A program made the position numbers and the translations under genes. Shown here piece by piece: positions 29,574 through 44,446 of a stretch of 64,000 bases of DNA. The DNA comes from Eledone cirrhosa (lineage: Eukaryota). Positions within the stretch are counted from its first letter, which is position 1, and each line of letters begins with the position of its first letter. The notes below the pieces were generated by a model that was given only the letters and a program-made list of their open reading frames with translations, did no database searches and was not told the DNA's origin. Location: NCBI GenBank assembly GCA_964016885.1, contig OZ024749.1, positions 46,314,001 to 46,378,000 on the forward strand, written 5' to 3'.

Positions 29574-32037
29574 ATATATATATATACACATATATATATA
29601 CATCAATGGAAGCAGAGGAGCGACGGCTAGCTCGGGCTGTTTCGGCTAGTTACCTTTTATATATTAAATACACAGAGACACATATATATGTATTCTTTTC
29701 TCTTTTTTCTTTTTATTAATTCTCTAACTAGTTTTAATCATTAGACTACGGCCATTCTAGGTCACTGCATTGAAGAGATTTAGAGAATTACAAACAAACA
29801 AAAGTAAAAGTACACTACAGAAACTGACAATCAGTCACACACATATACACACACTTGTGTGTGTGTATTTCGTTCATTTTTCCTAATTCACTTATTGGAA
29901 TAATTTCATTTCTAGACAAATACATACTTATTCAATAATATTATTAATTTCATTATTAGTCACTGATATTATTCAGTGGAAGTCTGATACATTCAGTTAA
30001 ATATTTCTTTCACTGCCTACTAATTCATTCATAACAACTAAATTCATTCATTGCACACTAATTCATTCACTGCATGCTAATTCACTCATAGTCACTTATT
30101 CATTCTCTGCGCGCCAGTTCTTTCATAATCACTAATTCGTTCACTGCAAGTTTAATATTAGTCAATGAGACGTTCTCTGTTACATATCCTATATGGCATT
30201 CCTAATTAATTTTGGTTAAATACTATATATTTATTAATTGGATAACATTTTATGTTTAGCGAGATACTGATCAATCAATATTCAATGATATGTAAAAGAT
30301 GTATTTATTCATATAATGACAATAACAACAATAAAAATAATAATAAGGAAAACAAATTATAATTGTAATACCAGTAACAAGTACAACAACAACAATAACA
30401 GTGCTATGAGGTGTATGATAAACAGAGTTGGATTAACACAAACGTAATGGTGAAAGGCAACGAATTGGCAGATATTCTATCCAACGTAGGATAGAAAACT
30501 TTGCGGCATTTATTTTGGCTCTCTACTCTCTGAGTTGAACTTTACTCATCAACCATATGAGGTTGATAAAAAGTACCAGTCTTCTACTGAGGTTAAGTAT
30601 CCCTCTATATCTCTTTCTCACTTCCAATTTTATCACTCTCTGGGTGAAATCTGCTGTATTCTGACCTAGAAAGTAAATGGGTTCTTCCTGGTTTAAAAAT
30701 ACCCTAGATACGCCATATGTCAATACGACGTATCTATGACTCCCCTCAGGGTTTATGAGACCATGTATGCATGCAATGTTGACAGTTTTAGCACCACCAA
30801 TAACTACAAGAACGAGCCATCGACCGTCGACAACTGTTCCTATTGAGGCCACATTTCGTTAAATAGTGATTCTATATATAGAGAGATCTATAAAATAACA
30901 GCCAGATTAAATTATATTTTACAATCAATATGATTCACTAAAAACCTATCTACGAAGAGATTGTCACCAGCAGGACAGATTTCAATTAGCTGATATCAGA
31001 AACAAATAAACGATTTAAAACATTAGAGAAAATTATTACTTTAAATCAACTTTAAGTTGAAATTTCAAAACAAGCTTTATTAAAAATATATCCAGAACTT
31101 TTAAAACAATTAAATGTAAGATGAAAAGAAAAAAGGGATGACAGCAAAATTTACAATTTAAGTTAGACAGCATATCTCAGGTCTGTCTAGCGGATTTAAT
31201 AGCTAAAGCTTTCACATAAAAGAAAAAAGAAATAGCTAAATGTTACACGATGCATTAGCTATTCCGTCTTATGAAGCTCCTCGCCCTAGTGCAATATTCT
31301 TATTCTTATCAGGATTTGCTGAACGAAAAGGGCAATCTGGGGAACGAGAACTTTGAAGGTTTCAATGGTGACCAATTATACTGACAACTAAACAATTTCT
31401 ATCAAAATGTCAAATATTCCAAGTATTTCAAGGAGTTAAACTAAATCTTATGAAGTAGATAACACAGGGTCATGTTGACAGGCAACAAGCACTAGCACTG
31501 CAAAGTTTAAATTATATATGGTGAGAATGCATTGAGTGGAGAGGTCCTTTTTAACACGCAGAGAACGAGACATCCTTTCGAACGTAGGTATCAGAACGGA
31601 ACACTTTCAGTACCATTTATAAAATGTGTGGCATTAGGAAGGTCAGCTAGCCATAGAAACCAAACCAAATGTGGAATGTATGAGTAACATTTAATTCATG
31701 TCAGCAAGGAAGATAGATGTGAAATGATGATGATTCATAAAATTATCAAGGGCTCAGCTGGGGTTAAATATATACACAAATAATAACATCAAAAGAAATA
31801 AAAAACAAGTCAAAATGTTTGCTATTCAATAATTTTATTTGAAGGTTTTTTGAAATATATAATTTGTGCTTTTTCTTTTTTTATGATTTCCTTTAGTGAA
31901 CGGATTGATGTGGAATAAAAAATAAAAATAAGGCAAGAGAAATAAAATAAAATAAAATAAAATACCCATAATCTATGATTATATATATTTATATATGGCA
32001 TCATTATCATCATAATAATGTCTGTCTTCCTTGGTAG

Positions 32038-32083
<46 letters not shown>

Positions 32084-32273
32084 CCATATATATATATAAA
32101 AACACTATATTGTATGAGGTAAATGGCAAACTAGTGTACACATTTGGGGTACTCTGAGTAACTAAGAAGGTATATACTAATGTGCAATATTGTATATTTC
32201 ATACAATATAGTATATTTACTATCATTACATACTGAGTGCTCTTTATTTGGTGAATGCAACTAAATATCCAGG

Positions 32274-32315
<42 letters not shown>

Positions 32316-32724
32316 GTATATATATACAAAATATAAGTAACCAAGACTGTAAATGTGTATATAAATTTGCACATTTTTAGTATATTGATATGTAAATTGC
32401 CAAATATACATAATTCCCTTTAATTAAAAAAAAAAACGAAATGAAAGTCTTGGACTAAGACACTTGATGACAATTGGTGATCAAACCAGTTGTAAAACAT
32501 AGTGTGGGTATAGATATCATAAAATAATTCATTCTTTTCTAAAGATGAGGTTAATAACGTGAAACAGTATGTACTTATATACAATAATACATTTCTCATA
32601 CTGAGACATTTGCTTCATCTATGTTCTGAACATAAAGAATAACAACCAAATAAAATAAGATTTATGTCTCAGATTAAAACATGACTAGTCAGTCATGAGA
32701 AGTGATTTACTATTTGTTTACTAG

Positions 32725-33855
32725 TGTAAGCACAAGGCCAGGAATTTGGAAGGAGGGTTGAATTTGGCTGGTACTTTTTATTATCAACCCTTCAAATATG
32801 AAAGGCAATCTAGATTTTCGCATGATTTGAACTCGGAATGTAATGAGTTTGAAAAAAATACCACAAATAATTTTGACTAATGTTCTAAAGTTTCTGCTCA
32901 TGCAGCCCAACTTTAAGAATATTTTCTAACATTTACATAATTTAGAGGAAGAGAAAAATCGACTACATTGATATCAGTACTTAACTGGTGCTTTATTTTA
33001 TTGAACCTACAGTAATGAAAGGCAATGATTACCCTGGAAAGGATTGAACTCAGAATGTAGAAAGTTGTAACTAAATACCTGAAAGCATTTTGTCTGAAAT
33101 ACTGTATTGCTAATTTAAACCACCTTTATAAACAATAATAGAAGTAACAATAATGAGTTCTACTATATGCACAAGGACAGCAATTTGAGGGAGGGAAAAG
33201 TCGATTAAATCAACCCCAGTGCATTACTGGTGCTTTATTTTATCGACCCCATAAGGATGAAAGGCAAAGCTAACATCAGCAGGATTTGAACTCAGAAGGT
33301 AAAGGCCCAATAAAAATAGTGATGAATTTTAATTTTGGCACAAGGTCCCAACATTTAGGGCAAGGGGAAGTTGATTATATTGACCCCAGTACTTAACTGG
33401 AATGTACTTTATCCCAACCCACACCCAAAGAATTAACACCAAAATTGAGCCACCAACTTGAATGTAATTTGAACTGAAAACTTAATGGTTTATAGCAAAA
33501 TATTAGTTTCTGCAATAAACAAATTTTCAAATAGGATAGGATAAGGATGAGTAGTTCTATACGATATTTAAAGATGGAAAGCTGTTGACTGTGTGCCATG
33601 GGTATATAAAATATTGCTTTTGGTGTTGTTTCTATGATATTGAGGGATTTCTTCATAACATGTATTATTGGATTGGCAGTCGGTAGAGAGTCGGATGCTA
33701 TGCTTTGCAGAATTGAGTTACAGCCCATTATGGTCTGAGTTCAAATCCCACCAAGGTTAACTTTGCCTTTCATCCTTACGGGGGTCAATAAAATAAAGTA
33801 TCAGTAATGCACAGGGGTAATTGCTGGCCTTGTGCCAAAAGTAGAAACAATTATT
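32725..33855. mobile_element. Cluster of about 5 diverged family-A SINEs downstream of the MPDU1 stop
   Basis: Repeated cacaagg.cagcaa / gaaaggcaa / gatttgaactc blocks on the minus strand, and one plus-strand copy at about 33670-33852. Confidence 0.75.
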
Positions 33856-33865
33856 ATTATTGTTA

Positions 33866-34209
33866 TTTTTATTGTGCATCATCACTGCTTTACCGAGCAC
33901 AGTTCTGTGCACCTTGGGTCTGAGCAGTTTAGTTTTTGCTGATGTGTTTTCTATTGTATTGATAGTACTCTTCGTAATATGCGTGCAATGCCTAAAAGTG
34001 CTATCTTTTGCATGCTGTATATATTTGTAAGTCCTGCGATTTGGGCTATGTTTGTGTGCTTTTTTTTATCATTCCTAGAGCACCTATTATTATAGTTTCT
34101 GTTTTCATTTTACACATTCAAGCTATTTCTATCTCTAGATCTTTATATTTGGAGAGATTCCTTGGAAGATATATTGTCGTCTGTGGGGATTGATACATCT
34201 ATTAGAATA
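33866..34209 (-). mobile_element. 3' fragment of an R4/Dong-like non-LTR element (restriction-like endonuclease domain)
   Basis: Frameshifted translation ILIDVSIPTDDN..KE / LSKYKDLEIEI / IIIGALGMIKK / MQKIALLGIARILRRVLSIQ*. Confidence 0.65.
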
Positions 34210-34322
34210 TAATTAGTATTATTATCATAATAAATAAATAAATAAATAAATAAAGAATTATTATCATAGTAGTAGTATTTTTTGTTGTAGGTTTACTTGT
34301 TGGTGTTATTATTATTATCATT

Positions 34323-34505
34323 CGGTGAATTGGCAGTATCGGTAAAGGGTCGGACATGCTTTCCAGCATAGTTACGTCCCTTTACGATCTGAGTTCAAAT
34401 CCCGCCGAGGTTAACTTTGCCTTTCATCCTTACGGGGTCGATAAAATAAAGTACCAGTAATACACTGGAATAATTGCTGGCCTTGTGCTAAAAGTAGAAA
34501 CAATT
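34323..34505 (+). mobile_element. SINE family A, about 30 nt past the MPDU1 stop codon (antisense in the 3'UTR)
   Basis: Near-consensus copy. Confidence 0.85.
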
Positions 34506-34536
34506 ATTACTTGCAAAAGTATTTTTTTCGGTACTA

Positions 34537-34773
34537 TTAAGAAGACTTCAGTTTTGTTTGTGCCTCAGTAGAATTCCAGTAGTAAAGCAATTGGAATGCT
34601 ATCAGACCATTGAGAGATGCGGACACAATAAATGTTATCATCAACAAATTGTCACCAGTTTCCTGCATCGATGTGAAGATCCGAGCTAAAGCACCGGCAA
34701 ACAACATGAATATGGTAATAGCAGACAGCTGTCCTGTGCTTTGGTTCTTGTAGTTCTCAAAGGCTTGAAGCAA
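34537..34773 (-). CDS. MPDU1: MPDU1 terminal coding exon ([20 protein letters not shown]...[15 protein letters not shown])
   Basis: TTCTTTCAG acceptor, 237 nt including [26 protein letters not shown] is characteristic of MPDU1. Ends in a KxKxx-type ER retrieval-like motif. Confidence 0.95.
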   Translation of the reverse strand: MLQAFENYKNQSTGQLSAITIFMLFAGALARIFTSMQETGDNLLMITFIVSASLNGLIAFQLLYYWNSTEAQTKLKSS

Positions 34774-36349
34774 CTGAAAGAAGAAATCAAAAGAAGAGAT
34801 ATGAGAAGAAGAAAACATCCAGGCTGATCATTGCATCTTTTAAGAAGAATAAAGTGATACTCTCAACATCATCATCATTTTACATTGTTCAAAATGCAGA
34901 TAATTATCCCCCTTGCTTCTGTGTGATGTTATTTCCTTGACGGTCAGCCTCCCATTGAGGAAATAACATCACACATCTGTTGGCCCCTGTATAAACAAAA
35001 ATAAATCTTTTCCAAATCTAAAGGATTTTTAATAATATTTCATTGTTTTATAGGTTTAACGTTTGAGAAGCTCAGGCTGTCATAACTGATAGTCCTCAGC
35101 GAAATGTACATTACAGATTTTAATAAACCAAAACCAAATGAATATGGCCTTGGATTTCTATTGAGTGTCTTTTATTATATATTTCTGGCAACATGACTCT
35201 TCACAAATATAACAATATTTGTTTCAACACACGATTTCATATCAAGAACCTTGCAAAACAAATTAATATATATATATATATTCATAGAGAGAGAGAGACA
35301 GTATATTATATAAATGAATGCATGTGTTTGTATGTGTGAACAAATTTATGCACGTAAGTATAGATGTTTGCAAATGATGCTATGTTTAAATAATATACAA
35401 CAAAATGCTGACACATATGTACACGCAAACATGTACACACAAACATCTAAACACATGCATACACACCTATAATGACATAGACACACCCCCATTTTTCTTT
35501 TCAACAACACAGTGGAACTAGCACTGCTTTCTCACCACAACACTACACCACACCCACTTTATGTTAATAAGAATGTTTGTTTCATTCAGCTGTTCAGAAA
35601 AGAAGAAGAACAACAACAACACCAGCAAGAAGAAGATGATCAAGAGCAATAACAACAACAGCAACAGCAACAACAACAGTAACATCACCAAGACGACATC
35701 AGCAACAACAACAACATCATGATGTACAAAAAAAAAACAACAACAAGAATATTACCGTCATCAGGAACAACAACAACAACAAACAACATGTACATTATCA
35801 ATAGCATCAACTACAATAACAACAGCAACAATAATAAGATGTACAACAACAAGCACAACAACAACAACAACAACAGCAACAACCTTAACACCAAAAAGGT
35901 ACAACAACAAGACCGTTAACAACAACAGTAACAACAAAGCCAGTATTACGAACATCAACAAAAGATAAAGATGGGTGATGCACACACAGTGCAAGCACCG
36001 ACCAACAGGAAAAGATGATTGGCAGATGTATATGTGCATCTTAGTCAGCACGTCCCAAGTGGCACCATTCCTTCACTGTTGCTAATTGGCAACAACGGTG
36101 GTGATGGAAGCGCTGCTGCAAAGATCTTTGCACTGGCAGACAGCATTGCACATACATGCACATACAAATACATATACAAACACACAGAGAGTGCTTGCTA
36201 CATGCAAGCAAAACAGGAATACACACACACACAGTTATTGCCACTGACACATCATCATTCACATTTCATACATATACATTCAACATATATCAATATGTGT
36301 ATATATAAATGTATACACACACATATATGTGTGTATGTATGTATGTATG

Positions 36350-36391
<42 letters not shown>

Positions 36392-36421
36392 AAACAAAAT
36401 ATATATATATATATTTAAAAA

Positions 36422-36452
<31 letters not shown>

Positions 36453-36486
36453 AGAGTGAGAAATGAAATTTTGTTTCATTTTTTCC

Positions 36487-36561
<75 letters not shown>

Positions 36562-37831
36562 TATATATATAATATATATATAGGCATATATAATAAATTT
36601 GATATGCAGCCATGGAGTCTTGGGTTCTATCTCACCGCGCAACATCTTTGGCAAGGGCTCTTTTACATGGAAATTATAAGGTGACAATCATGTATGAGTG
36701 CATGTATTTGGCTCTACACCTTTCTTTTGACATCACAGCTGGTAATAATTATTTGTGTTGCACATAAAGAAAGATCCTGCTGTTCAAAGGAAAGACTATA
36801 TATGTTCCTTAATTAGAATGACGCCTGAAGAAATCCTAACTAGCTCAAGCAAGGAAAATGAATGTAAAACTATTGATGATATATCATCACATTTGTAATG
36901 TTTATTTTCTCTGATGCATGGTTTAGACAAGCTACCATGTTATAGGACTAAAAAGGTTAGATGAACACTTGCTCAAGCAATCAGCTTAAAGTTTGATGTT
37001 TTACAGCTAGATGTCCTTCATAATGCCAGCTACATGTTAGTGTATACTGGGAGCTTTTATCATGACACTACTGCTACACCCTACAATGTAGACATACCAA
37101 TGCAACTACGTTAAAATGAGTATTGGAAGCTTTTTTCATGGGCAGCACCACTACCACCCTATAGGGTTGAGTGGGTGTTTTTCCTTGTGGACCAGCATTC
37201 CCAACATACAGGGTGGAACAGTTGCCTTTTGCTATGGCACCAACATTGTGGGAGAGTGAGCGATGTGTTATTGGGGTGGACATGTAAATAGTGAGTTGTG
37301 CTTGGTAGTATATTGTGGAGCACGTCTAGCTTTCTATGTATGCTAGGGCTGTACAAGAAAGTCGTGTTTTGGATGTGGCTTGAGGCGGGTGAAGCACACC
37401 TCACCACCAACATTAAAAAGTCAAACTTTTTTTCGTGTTGGGCTGTCATGCCGAGACATATAGGACATATAGGTGACCACATCTATTTCATACATTCTGT
37501 TTTGGCATGGCCGCCACAGCCGAGTGTCCTTCTGAAACACACCTGAGCATTTTATCATGGTACATGGTGAGGTATGCCAGGCATCAGTTGGATATGTGTA
37601 TATAGAAATGTATCTATATGCTTGTGACCATATATGTTAATGTGTGTCCATGTGTCCTTGGCCATAGGACCACCTCACTATTCACCAACATCACCACAGG
37701 TTTGGCTACCTGCAGGTCTGAGCCTCGTGAGCTGGAATGGCTCTTCCAGCTTGCCTTCTTCACCATCCTCCAGTGAAAGACCTTCCTATATATATATATA
37801 TATAGGAAGGTATACATATATATATATATAT

Positions 37832-38166
37832 GGAGGCACATGGCTTAGTGGTTAGAGCATTGGCCTTGCAATCGAAAGGTTGTGAGTTCAATTCTCAGAC
37901 CGGGTGATGCGTTGTGTCCCTGAGAAAGACACTTTATTTCACGTTGCTCCAGTTTACTCAGCTGTAGAAATGAGATGATAGGACTGGGGTCCCTATCATT
38001 CCATTGCAAAGTGGTCGTGGAGGTGCCACGGCAAAAAAGCACCCAGCACTCACTGTAAATGAGGTTGGTGTTAGGAAGGGCATCCAGCTGTAGAAATCAA
38101 GCCAGAATCAGTTCCCGTGCCACCCTTGCAAGCAGGGAAAAGCGGACGTAAAATGATGATGATGAT
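37832..38166 (+). mobile_element. tRNA-derived SINE, family B (about 330 bp, (GAT)n tail)
   Basis: A box tggcttagtgg, B box gagttcaattc, tail gcggacgtaaaatgatgatg. Confidence 0.85.
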
Positions 38167-38189
38167 GATATATATATATATATACATAT

Positions 38190-38222
<33 letters not shown>

Positions 38223-38270
38223 AAACCCATGGTAGCATTGAAAAATTGGCATAAAATGGTGATGATATGT

Positions 38271-38304
<34 letters not shown>

Positions 38305-38396
38305 ATATTGTACTGTATATCTTTGTCTGTATGATGTTGTAAATGAAATAATGCACACAATGTGTGATGAGTATGTGTGTGTGGATAGTGTCTTTG

Positions 38397-38441
<45 letters not shown>

Positions 38442-38559
38442 ATGTATAATAAACAATACAGTATAATTATTATTATACATTAAATATTTAGCTCTGTAAC
38501 TTACATAGAGCACTCTTATTTCCTCTGACTTTTTCAATTTTCAACGGAAACTTCAATAC

Positions 38560-38595
<36 letters not shown>

Positions 38596-39218
38596 GAGAG
38601 AAAGAAAGGAAAAGAGAGAAAGAGAGAGCAACAGAAAATGACAGACTGTGCTGTGTATATAACATAGTTTTAGTTTGTTTCAAGTATGTAAATTTGTGTT
38701 TGCTTGTGTGAGGATGAGGGGAAAGAGAGAAAGAGATAGATGGATATGGGTGTGTAAATATATATACATATACATATTAATACATATAAAAATATGTGTC
38801 TGTGTAGGTATATGTCTGTGTATGTGTATATGCATAAGGGAGAAACACACTTAACATGCACGAGAATTTGAACTGCTGCATGAGTGTGTCTATGTGTGTG
38901 TGCACCGGGGAGATTCACAGTGTATGTGTTTGTGTGCACGCGTTTGTGTCTGCATGTGTCTGAAGTGAAGTCCTACAGTGAAAAAATTAAAGAAAAACAA
39001 AAGGTGCAATAAACAAAGGCAACAAAAAGAAAAGACAAAAACCATCACCACCACCACCATCACCCCACCACCACAACCACCACCAATACCACCACCACCA
39101 CCACCATCACCACAAACTAAAAACTTTTAAAAATCAAGGCGGAAGATAGGAGAGAAAAGTAGACTATATATAAACACAGAAACACACACGCACATATGTG
39201 TGTATATATATATATATA

Positions 39219-39270
<52 letters not shown>

Positions 39271-39397
39271 TATATACATATATATATGTATATATATATA
39301 TGTGTGTGTGTGTGTGAGTGTATATATATGTAAAGAGATAGATAAATATATATAAGCACACATACATTTATTATTTATATATACATATATGTACACA

Positions 39398-39505
<108 letters not shown>

Positions 39506-40204
39506 TATATACGGCAAGAGACAACAAAAGCAACTGTCAAGGTAGTGAATGAAATGTGATTGGAGATTTCTTTGTGAAGTAAACATTGAGAAACTTGTGC
39601 AAGGTACATACTGAAGAGACAACAACAACAACAAACAGAACATTTGTAGAGGAAGGAGAGGGGGGTGGTGAATAAAAATACAAATTAAAGAAAAAATATA
39701 TATAAAAAAGTAGTTTAAAAAAATACAATAACTCTTAATCAAAGGAATAACAACAGTATTACCATCAACATCATCATAACAGCATCATCATTATCACAAA
39801 CAATAACAGTGATATCACCACCACCACCACCTCTAACACCATCACTATCACCAGTACCACCACTACCACTTCCATAACCACCACCACCACCACCACCACC
39901 ACCATAAAACCATAACCAGGACGTCCACCACCAACATCAAATACCACCACCGCTATAACCACAAGCACACTCCCCACCACCACCATCACCACTAACGTTA
40001 CTAACAATAACAACTGCAATACCATCAACATATAACATCACCATCATTATCACAAACAATACCAATGATATCACCACCACCACCACAAACGCAACCTTAA
40101 CCAGCACCACCACCATAACCTCCCCACCACCTCCACCACCATAAACAACATGAACAGAGGTAAACCATCATCACTATAACAGGACCATTATTATCATCCT
40201 CATC

Positions 40205-40610
40205 GGTGGGATTGGCAGTATCGGTAGAGGGTCGGACAGCATGCTTTGGCGCATAGAGTTACGGCCCTTGCCCTTCTGAGTTCAAATCCCGCCGAGGTTA
40301 ACTTTGCCTTTCATCCTTACGGGGTCGATAAAATAAAGTACAAGTAATGTACTGGGTAATTGCTGGCCTTGTGCCAAACATAGAAACAATTATTATCATC
40401 CTCATCATCAGCCCAAAGAATGGTTTGTAATATAGGCACCATGCCAGAAATTTGCAGTCGATAATATCAACACCAATACATAACTGGTACTTTATTTTAT
40501 TGACCACCCCCGAAGGATGAAAGGCCAAATAGATCTCGGGAGTATTTGAACTCAGAACATAAAGGACTCTAACTAAATGCTACAAATCATTTTATCTGTC
40601 AATCCACTGC
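40205..40610. mobile_element. Two family-A SINEs in tail-to-tail orientation
   Basis: Plus-strand copy 40205-40390 with TSD attattatcatcctcatc, and a diverged minus-strand copy at about 40420-40610. Confidence 0.8.
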
Positions 40611-40847
40611 CACCATCATCACAAATAATATCCCAACCATCATCATCACTGCTAGAAACAGCAGCTTTAAATCCCTCATATCATACCCTTATATAATGAA
40701 AGATAATATTGTCTTCAATGTGAGCCAAAAAGAAAAAAAAGACACACAAAAAAAAAAACAGATGGGATGGTTATTGGTGGAATGCCAATAAATAAATAAC
40801 AACTGGAAAACCTTGTTTCTTTGGTTAACACAGTACATAAGGTTTAA

Positions 40848-41046
40848 CCCTTTTACCATTTACATTACCCTATATATACTATTGTATTTTCACAGTAAAG
40901 GCTTTATCACACATAATATCGAATCTATGAGACTTTGATGTTATTTAGGTTGAGAACAATATCATAACATCAGTATGAATGGCCGGTTTGAATAAAAAGA
41001 GGTGAGAGAATTCTGGCTGGATATAGCCGGTTTAAATGTTAAAGGG
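40848..41046. mobile_element. piggyBac-type MITE
   Basis: TTAA|CCCTTT...AAAGGG|TTAA termini. A second copy lies at 47979. Confidence 0.85.
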
Positions 41047-41789
41047 TTAAACCAGGTCTTTGGAAGTACAATATCATGGTATTGTAATGCATTTGGGACA
41101 GGTTTCTCCCTGCAACTAATTTTGAAAGCCCTGAAAAGAGTCATTGAAAACTCCTCTTCTTTCATTGACTACATAACAACAATACCTGACAATCATTTTA
41201 AGGCCATTTTCCTGCTGACGCAGGGGTTAATTTTGTAGCCCCCATGATATACTTCATTCTAATCAGGGAGCTGATTTTGAGACAATGTTTTACAACTGGG
41301 TGCTCTACTGGCAGAAATGTTTTCAGTAATCTTTTACAATTACCCCAAGTACTTGAATTAACTTTCTCTTTTGGTTCCAGATTACTTTGTACTAAACTCA
41401 CAGCAACTTCAGCCAGAAGATGTTTTGTTTCCATGAATAAGGAAATCTTTCTACAGTTGTAGCTTTCTTCCTCGAACTGCCAAACTTTGGAACTCTTTTC
41501 CATCTCATTGCTTTCTTCCCCCTTATAATTTCTACTTCTTCATAGTAACTTACACTAAAGGGTTTCAAGCTTTGTTTGGGCATTCAAAAAACAAAAATAA
41601 ACATTAATACCATGTACAATATCTTAAGATACACAAGGAAATCTTTGATGGAAAAGTAGAAAAAATATCATTTATAGATGATGACAAAGGAATGTGAAAA
41701 GTGGAAAGATACTGTTTTGGAGAAGACCAGCCCAAAACATGCAAGAATGTAAAACAGATGAAGCACAAAGACATATGTGTGATATTTAC

Positions 41790-41994
41790 CTTGCTGAATG
41801 TGATTACAGGAATAATACAGGTCTGCAGCAATGTTATGAATTTAAATGGTGTTATAGGAGAGAGCAATACACTCAATAGGGTACAGTAGATCCCCAGGTA
41901 GAGCAACATGAACAAATTCTTCCTCTGGTAGTGCAGCACCAACATCCCAATAACAACTGTCTGCAACACCAGGAAGATTGATTCTCCATAAGAA
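41790..41994 (-). CDS. MPDU1: MPDU1 coding exon 4 (SSYGESIFLVLQTVVIGMLVLHY...IPVITFSK)
   Basis: TTTGCAG acceptor, 205 nt, AAG|GTAAAT donor. The FPFS|SYGE..FL..QT motif runs across the junction, followed by hydrophobic helices. Confidence 0.95.
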
Positions 41995-42499
41995 CTGCAA
42001 AGATAGAAATTTAGTCAAGAAACATAAAAATATTGAAACCACTCACATTCATTATTATTATAAAATAAAGAACCAGTAATGAACTGGGGAATTGCTGGCC
42101 TTGTGCCAAAAGTAGAAACAATTATTATTATCATTATTATTATTAATAGGGTGGTGGATTGGCAGTATCAGTAGAGCATCGGACAATATGCTTCAGAGCA
42201 TATAGTTACATTCCTTTACATTCTGAGTACAAGTCCTGCTGAGGTTAGCTTTACTTTCCATCCTTACAGAAGTGCTGTCAACTTGCTGACAGTTACCAAT
42301 GAGTACAGCAATACATTTAGTTAGTGTGTAGGGGTCCAACCAGATTAATGCTTCTGTTGGTCTTCTGTGGGCACACCTTTACACAGGTGAGATAGTTACT
42401 AGAGCTGGATCTATTGTAGATGTGTAGAAGAAATTCTACACATGGAAGGCCACAAAGTGAATTTAGCAAAGAAAGAACCTATGTTTCTACCATTTTCAG

Positions 42500-42862
42500 G
42501 GTAAAGGCTATTCTCAATATGCAGAAAATGTGTAAGTAGTAAATCCATACTGTGTACCCAGTGTAAGTTACAAGAAAACTAACAGAGATGGTAGACTTTA
42601 TACAGGGCAGATGAATAGGAGGGGTAAGCTCTAAGACTATGCATAACAAAAATGCTCTTAATTGCTCTGATAGCTCCCTACATGTAGGTGATAGGATTTC
42701 TTAGTTATGTGATCTAATTAAGAGGGAATGAGGGTGCTACACGAGCATAGCAAGCAACCTACGTCAGAAAAGTTTGGATACAAATTTAGAGAGCTAACAC
42801 ATTCTTTAGTAACAAAGGCTTTCTCTCTTAGAATGTAGGGAAAATTGTATGATAGCTGTGAC
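42500..42862 (+). mobile_element. Decayed RTE-like LINE fragment
   Basis: Residual KFREL..L.TKGFSLR..GKLYDSC, with stops and frameshifts. Confidence 0.5.
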
Positions 42863-43072
42863 CTTTTATTTTACTATTTTTATAAAATTGTATTTATTCA
42901 AGTTTTTTGTAAAAGTCCAATTTTTCCTAAATTTTCACAATAAAAAAAAGACAAGAGTTGTTTCCCTTGTAGTAATAGAAAAGTTGGCGCTTTCTGTAAG
43001 TTAATCCCCATTAAAATCATTAGAACAGTCTTTTTTCTTCAACTAAGAAATTCCTATATATCTATCTATCTA

Positions 43073-43405
43073 CATTTTGGAAGAATGTACCCCAGCAAAT
43101 TTTATAAAAGTTGGGTGAATGTGGCAAAGATGGCCCGAGTGGTTGGGCCTTCTCTCTATATAAGCCTGTAGGTTGAGGAAGAGAGGAAGGGAGTACTCAC
43201 TCTTCGTGCTCCTGGAGATGAAGGTTGTACATTTTTTCGGGGTGTGTACAACCCCTGTGTAATACCCCCCCCCCCCCCCTATTGGGGATATCAATTTTTA
43301 TTTGTTATTTTATTAATAGTTTTATTTTCATATACCTGTATGTAAACTCCCCATTTGTATTTGTCCCCTTCTTTTGTGCCCTTGTGGCTAATAAAGCAAT
43401 TTATC
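43073..43405 (+). mobile_element. Diverged 3'-end fragment of the Tx1-like LINE in MPDU1 intron 3
   Basis: Encodes WVNVAKMARVVGPSLYISL* versus WVKVARMARVNGPSLYIRL* in the long copy. Shares the 3'UTR (tgtaaactcccc..tgccc..gtggc.aataaa). Confidence 0.85.
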
Positions 43406-44446
43406 TAAACATATATATATAATAATAAAGTAGAAAGCAATAAGGTTTTCCTTCACTACTTTATATTTATGTGGTGTAGTAAGACCACATAGCCTTCTAC
43501 TTCAATATTATACCAATAGTCATACACTGTCCAATGTTATCCTATAACATACTGGGAAAGGTACACTGACATGGAGTGCTGAAAACAGCATACACCTGAG
43601 TCAATTAATTAGAGTTTGGGACTGTGAAATTAATCACAAATTATTTAACACAAAATGACGTAAACATATATATACATTTACTGACATATACACACAAAAA
43701 AATATATATATACATATTCTGACATACACACACATACATATGCATTCACGTGTCTGTGAAAGAGCATCTCTAAATTGTTATGGTGTCTGGCACACAATCT
43801 TGAGTTCAATTCTCAGCAACGATTCTGTCATTGAACAAGATACACTTTATTTTATGTTTCTACAGTCCACTCAGTTGAATCTCTACTTCAAACGGCCAGT
43901 CCTGTCACAGATAGTGCTATGCTGATTCTCACTGGATCTTCTTTGGTATGCTCAGGCACTTGCATGTTAATTTCAAGAGCATGTTGTTCCATTGTTTGAA
44001 CAAATGTAACATTCAATTCAATTAACAGATGTCCAACAAATGTATATAGAATATATATATACTGTATGTATAAATATGCAGATAAACCTTTATCATATAT
44101 ATATATAGAGTGGAAAATGGACGTTAAGCTGTGATGATGATGATGAAGATATATATATATATATATAAACAATAGTCCTATCAGCTTATGCTTGTTTCAG
44201 AATAGATACACTGTACTCCTGTGTTGTAAGATTTGACTAAAAGGGTTTGCATTAAAAAGGACATCCAGCTGTATAATATTATCACACATCAACCTGTCCA
44301 ACCCATGCCTGTATGGAAAAGTGGACATAAAAACAATGACAAAGATGATGATATATATATATGTGTATGAGAGTATATATATATATGTGTGTGTACCGAT
44401 TGTGTTATTTCGGTTTACCTTTTACATACATATAACATTTCATTTT

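Noticed and set aside
41050-41590. Short ORFs downstream of exon 4 as extra MPDU1 exons
   Set aside because: The five-exon model is already complete and in frame, and these ORFs show no similarity to PQ-loop proteins.
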